The position numbers were made by a program, and so were the translations under genes. From assembly GCF_009914755.1 (NCBI RefSeq), contig NC_060934.1: 64,000 nucleotides of DNA, one strand, 5' to 3'. The stretch comes from the human T2T-CHM13v2.0 reference genome, Homo sapiens. Position 1 is the stretch's first letter; each line of letters begins with the position of its first letter. Positions 63,067 through 64,000 of the stretch are shown here, piece by piece. The notes beneath the pieces were generated by a model. That model did not search any database, had not been told where the DNA came from, and was given only the letters and a program-made list of their open reading frames with translations.

Positions 63067-64000
63067 TATATTAGTCTGTTCTCATGCTGCTACTAAAGAC
63101 ATATCCAAGACTGGGTAATTGATAAAGGAAAGAGGTTTAATGGACTCAGTTTCACATGACTGAGGAGGCCTCACAATCATGGTAGAAGGCAAAGGAGGAG
63201 AAAAGGCACATCTTACATGGTGGCAGGCAAGAGTCGTGTGCAGGGGAACTGCCCTTTATAAAACCAACAGATTTCATGATACTTATTTACTATCATGAGA
63301 ACAGCACAGGAAAACTCACTGCCATAGTTCAATTACCTCCCACTGGGTCCCTCTCACAACACGTGGGGATTATGGGAGCTACATTTCAACATGAGATTTG
63401 GGTGGGGACACAGCCAAACCATATCATTCCTCCCTTGGCCCCTCCCAAATCTCATGTCCTCACATTTCAAGACCAATCATGCTTTCCCAACAGTCCCCCA
63501 AAGTCTTAACTCATTTCAACATTTACTCAAAAGTCCACAGTCCAAAAGTCTTATCTGAGACAAGGCAAGTCCCTTCTGCCTATGAGCCTGTAAAATCAAA
63601 AGCAAGTTAGTTACTTCCTAGATACAGTGGGGTTACACACATTGGGTAAATACACCTGTTCCAAATGGGAGAAATTGGCCAAAATGAAGGGGCTACAGAC
63701 CCCATGCAAGTCTGAAATTTAGTGGTGCAGTCAAATTTTAAAACTCCAAAATGATCTCCTTTGACTCCATGTCTGAAGTCCAGGTCACACTGATGCAAGT
63801 GATAGGTTCCCATGGTCTTGGGCAACTCTGCCCCTGTGATTTTGCAGGATACAGCCCCCTTCCTGGCTGCTTTCATGGGCTGGCATTGAATACCTACAGC
63901 TTTTACAGGCACACAGTACAAGCTGTTGATGGATCTACCATTCTTGGGGCTGGAGGACAGTGGCCTTCTCCTCACAGCTCCACTAGGCACTGCCCCAGTG
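63067..64000 (-). mobile_element. THE1 (MaLR) element: 3' LTR 63067-63426 plus internal sequence continuing off the right edge
   Basis: LTR ends ...GACACAGCCAAACCATATCA; polypurine tract (minus GGGAGGGGCCAAGGGAGGAA) abuts the LTR; typical THE1-int sequence follows. Confidence 0.93.

Noticed and set aside
63276-63990. ORFs of 70-127 aa at the right edge
   Set aside because: Lie in THE1 LTR/internal sequence; decayed MaLR, not host genes

Overview
Primate, almost certainly human, genomic DNA: AT-rich and dense in Alu, L1, L2, MIR, MaLR and MER repeats. The left ~26 kb holds the 5' end of A1CF (APOBEC1 complementation factor, human 10q11.23) on the minus strand. It comprises non-coding exon 1 (~26215-26261/26309), 48-nt exon 2 (4666-4713), a 93-nt alternative 5'UTR cassette exon (3522-3614) and the first coding exon (475-618; ATG at 573, MESNHKSGDGLSGTQKEAALRALVQRTGYSLVQ). 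The gene continues off the left edge. The promoter has no CpG island and no obvious TATA box but carries a compact HNF1/HNF4(DR1)/GATA module. The remaining ~37 kb upstream looks intergenic and is mostly transposon relics, including a 2.9-kb 5'-truncated L1PA with TSDs, a composite L1/LTR cluster and a THE1 element running off the right edge. Nearly all ORFs in the supplied track are repeat-derived or chance, and the real coding exon is too short to appear in it. I found no convincing new biological system. The best leads are a uORF-bearing 5'UTR cassette exon, inverted Alus around the UTR exons, a fold-back AT-rich palindrome and a perfect 62-bp tandem duplication. Repeat boundaries and subfamily calls are by eye and approximate.
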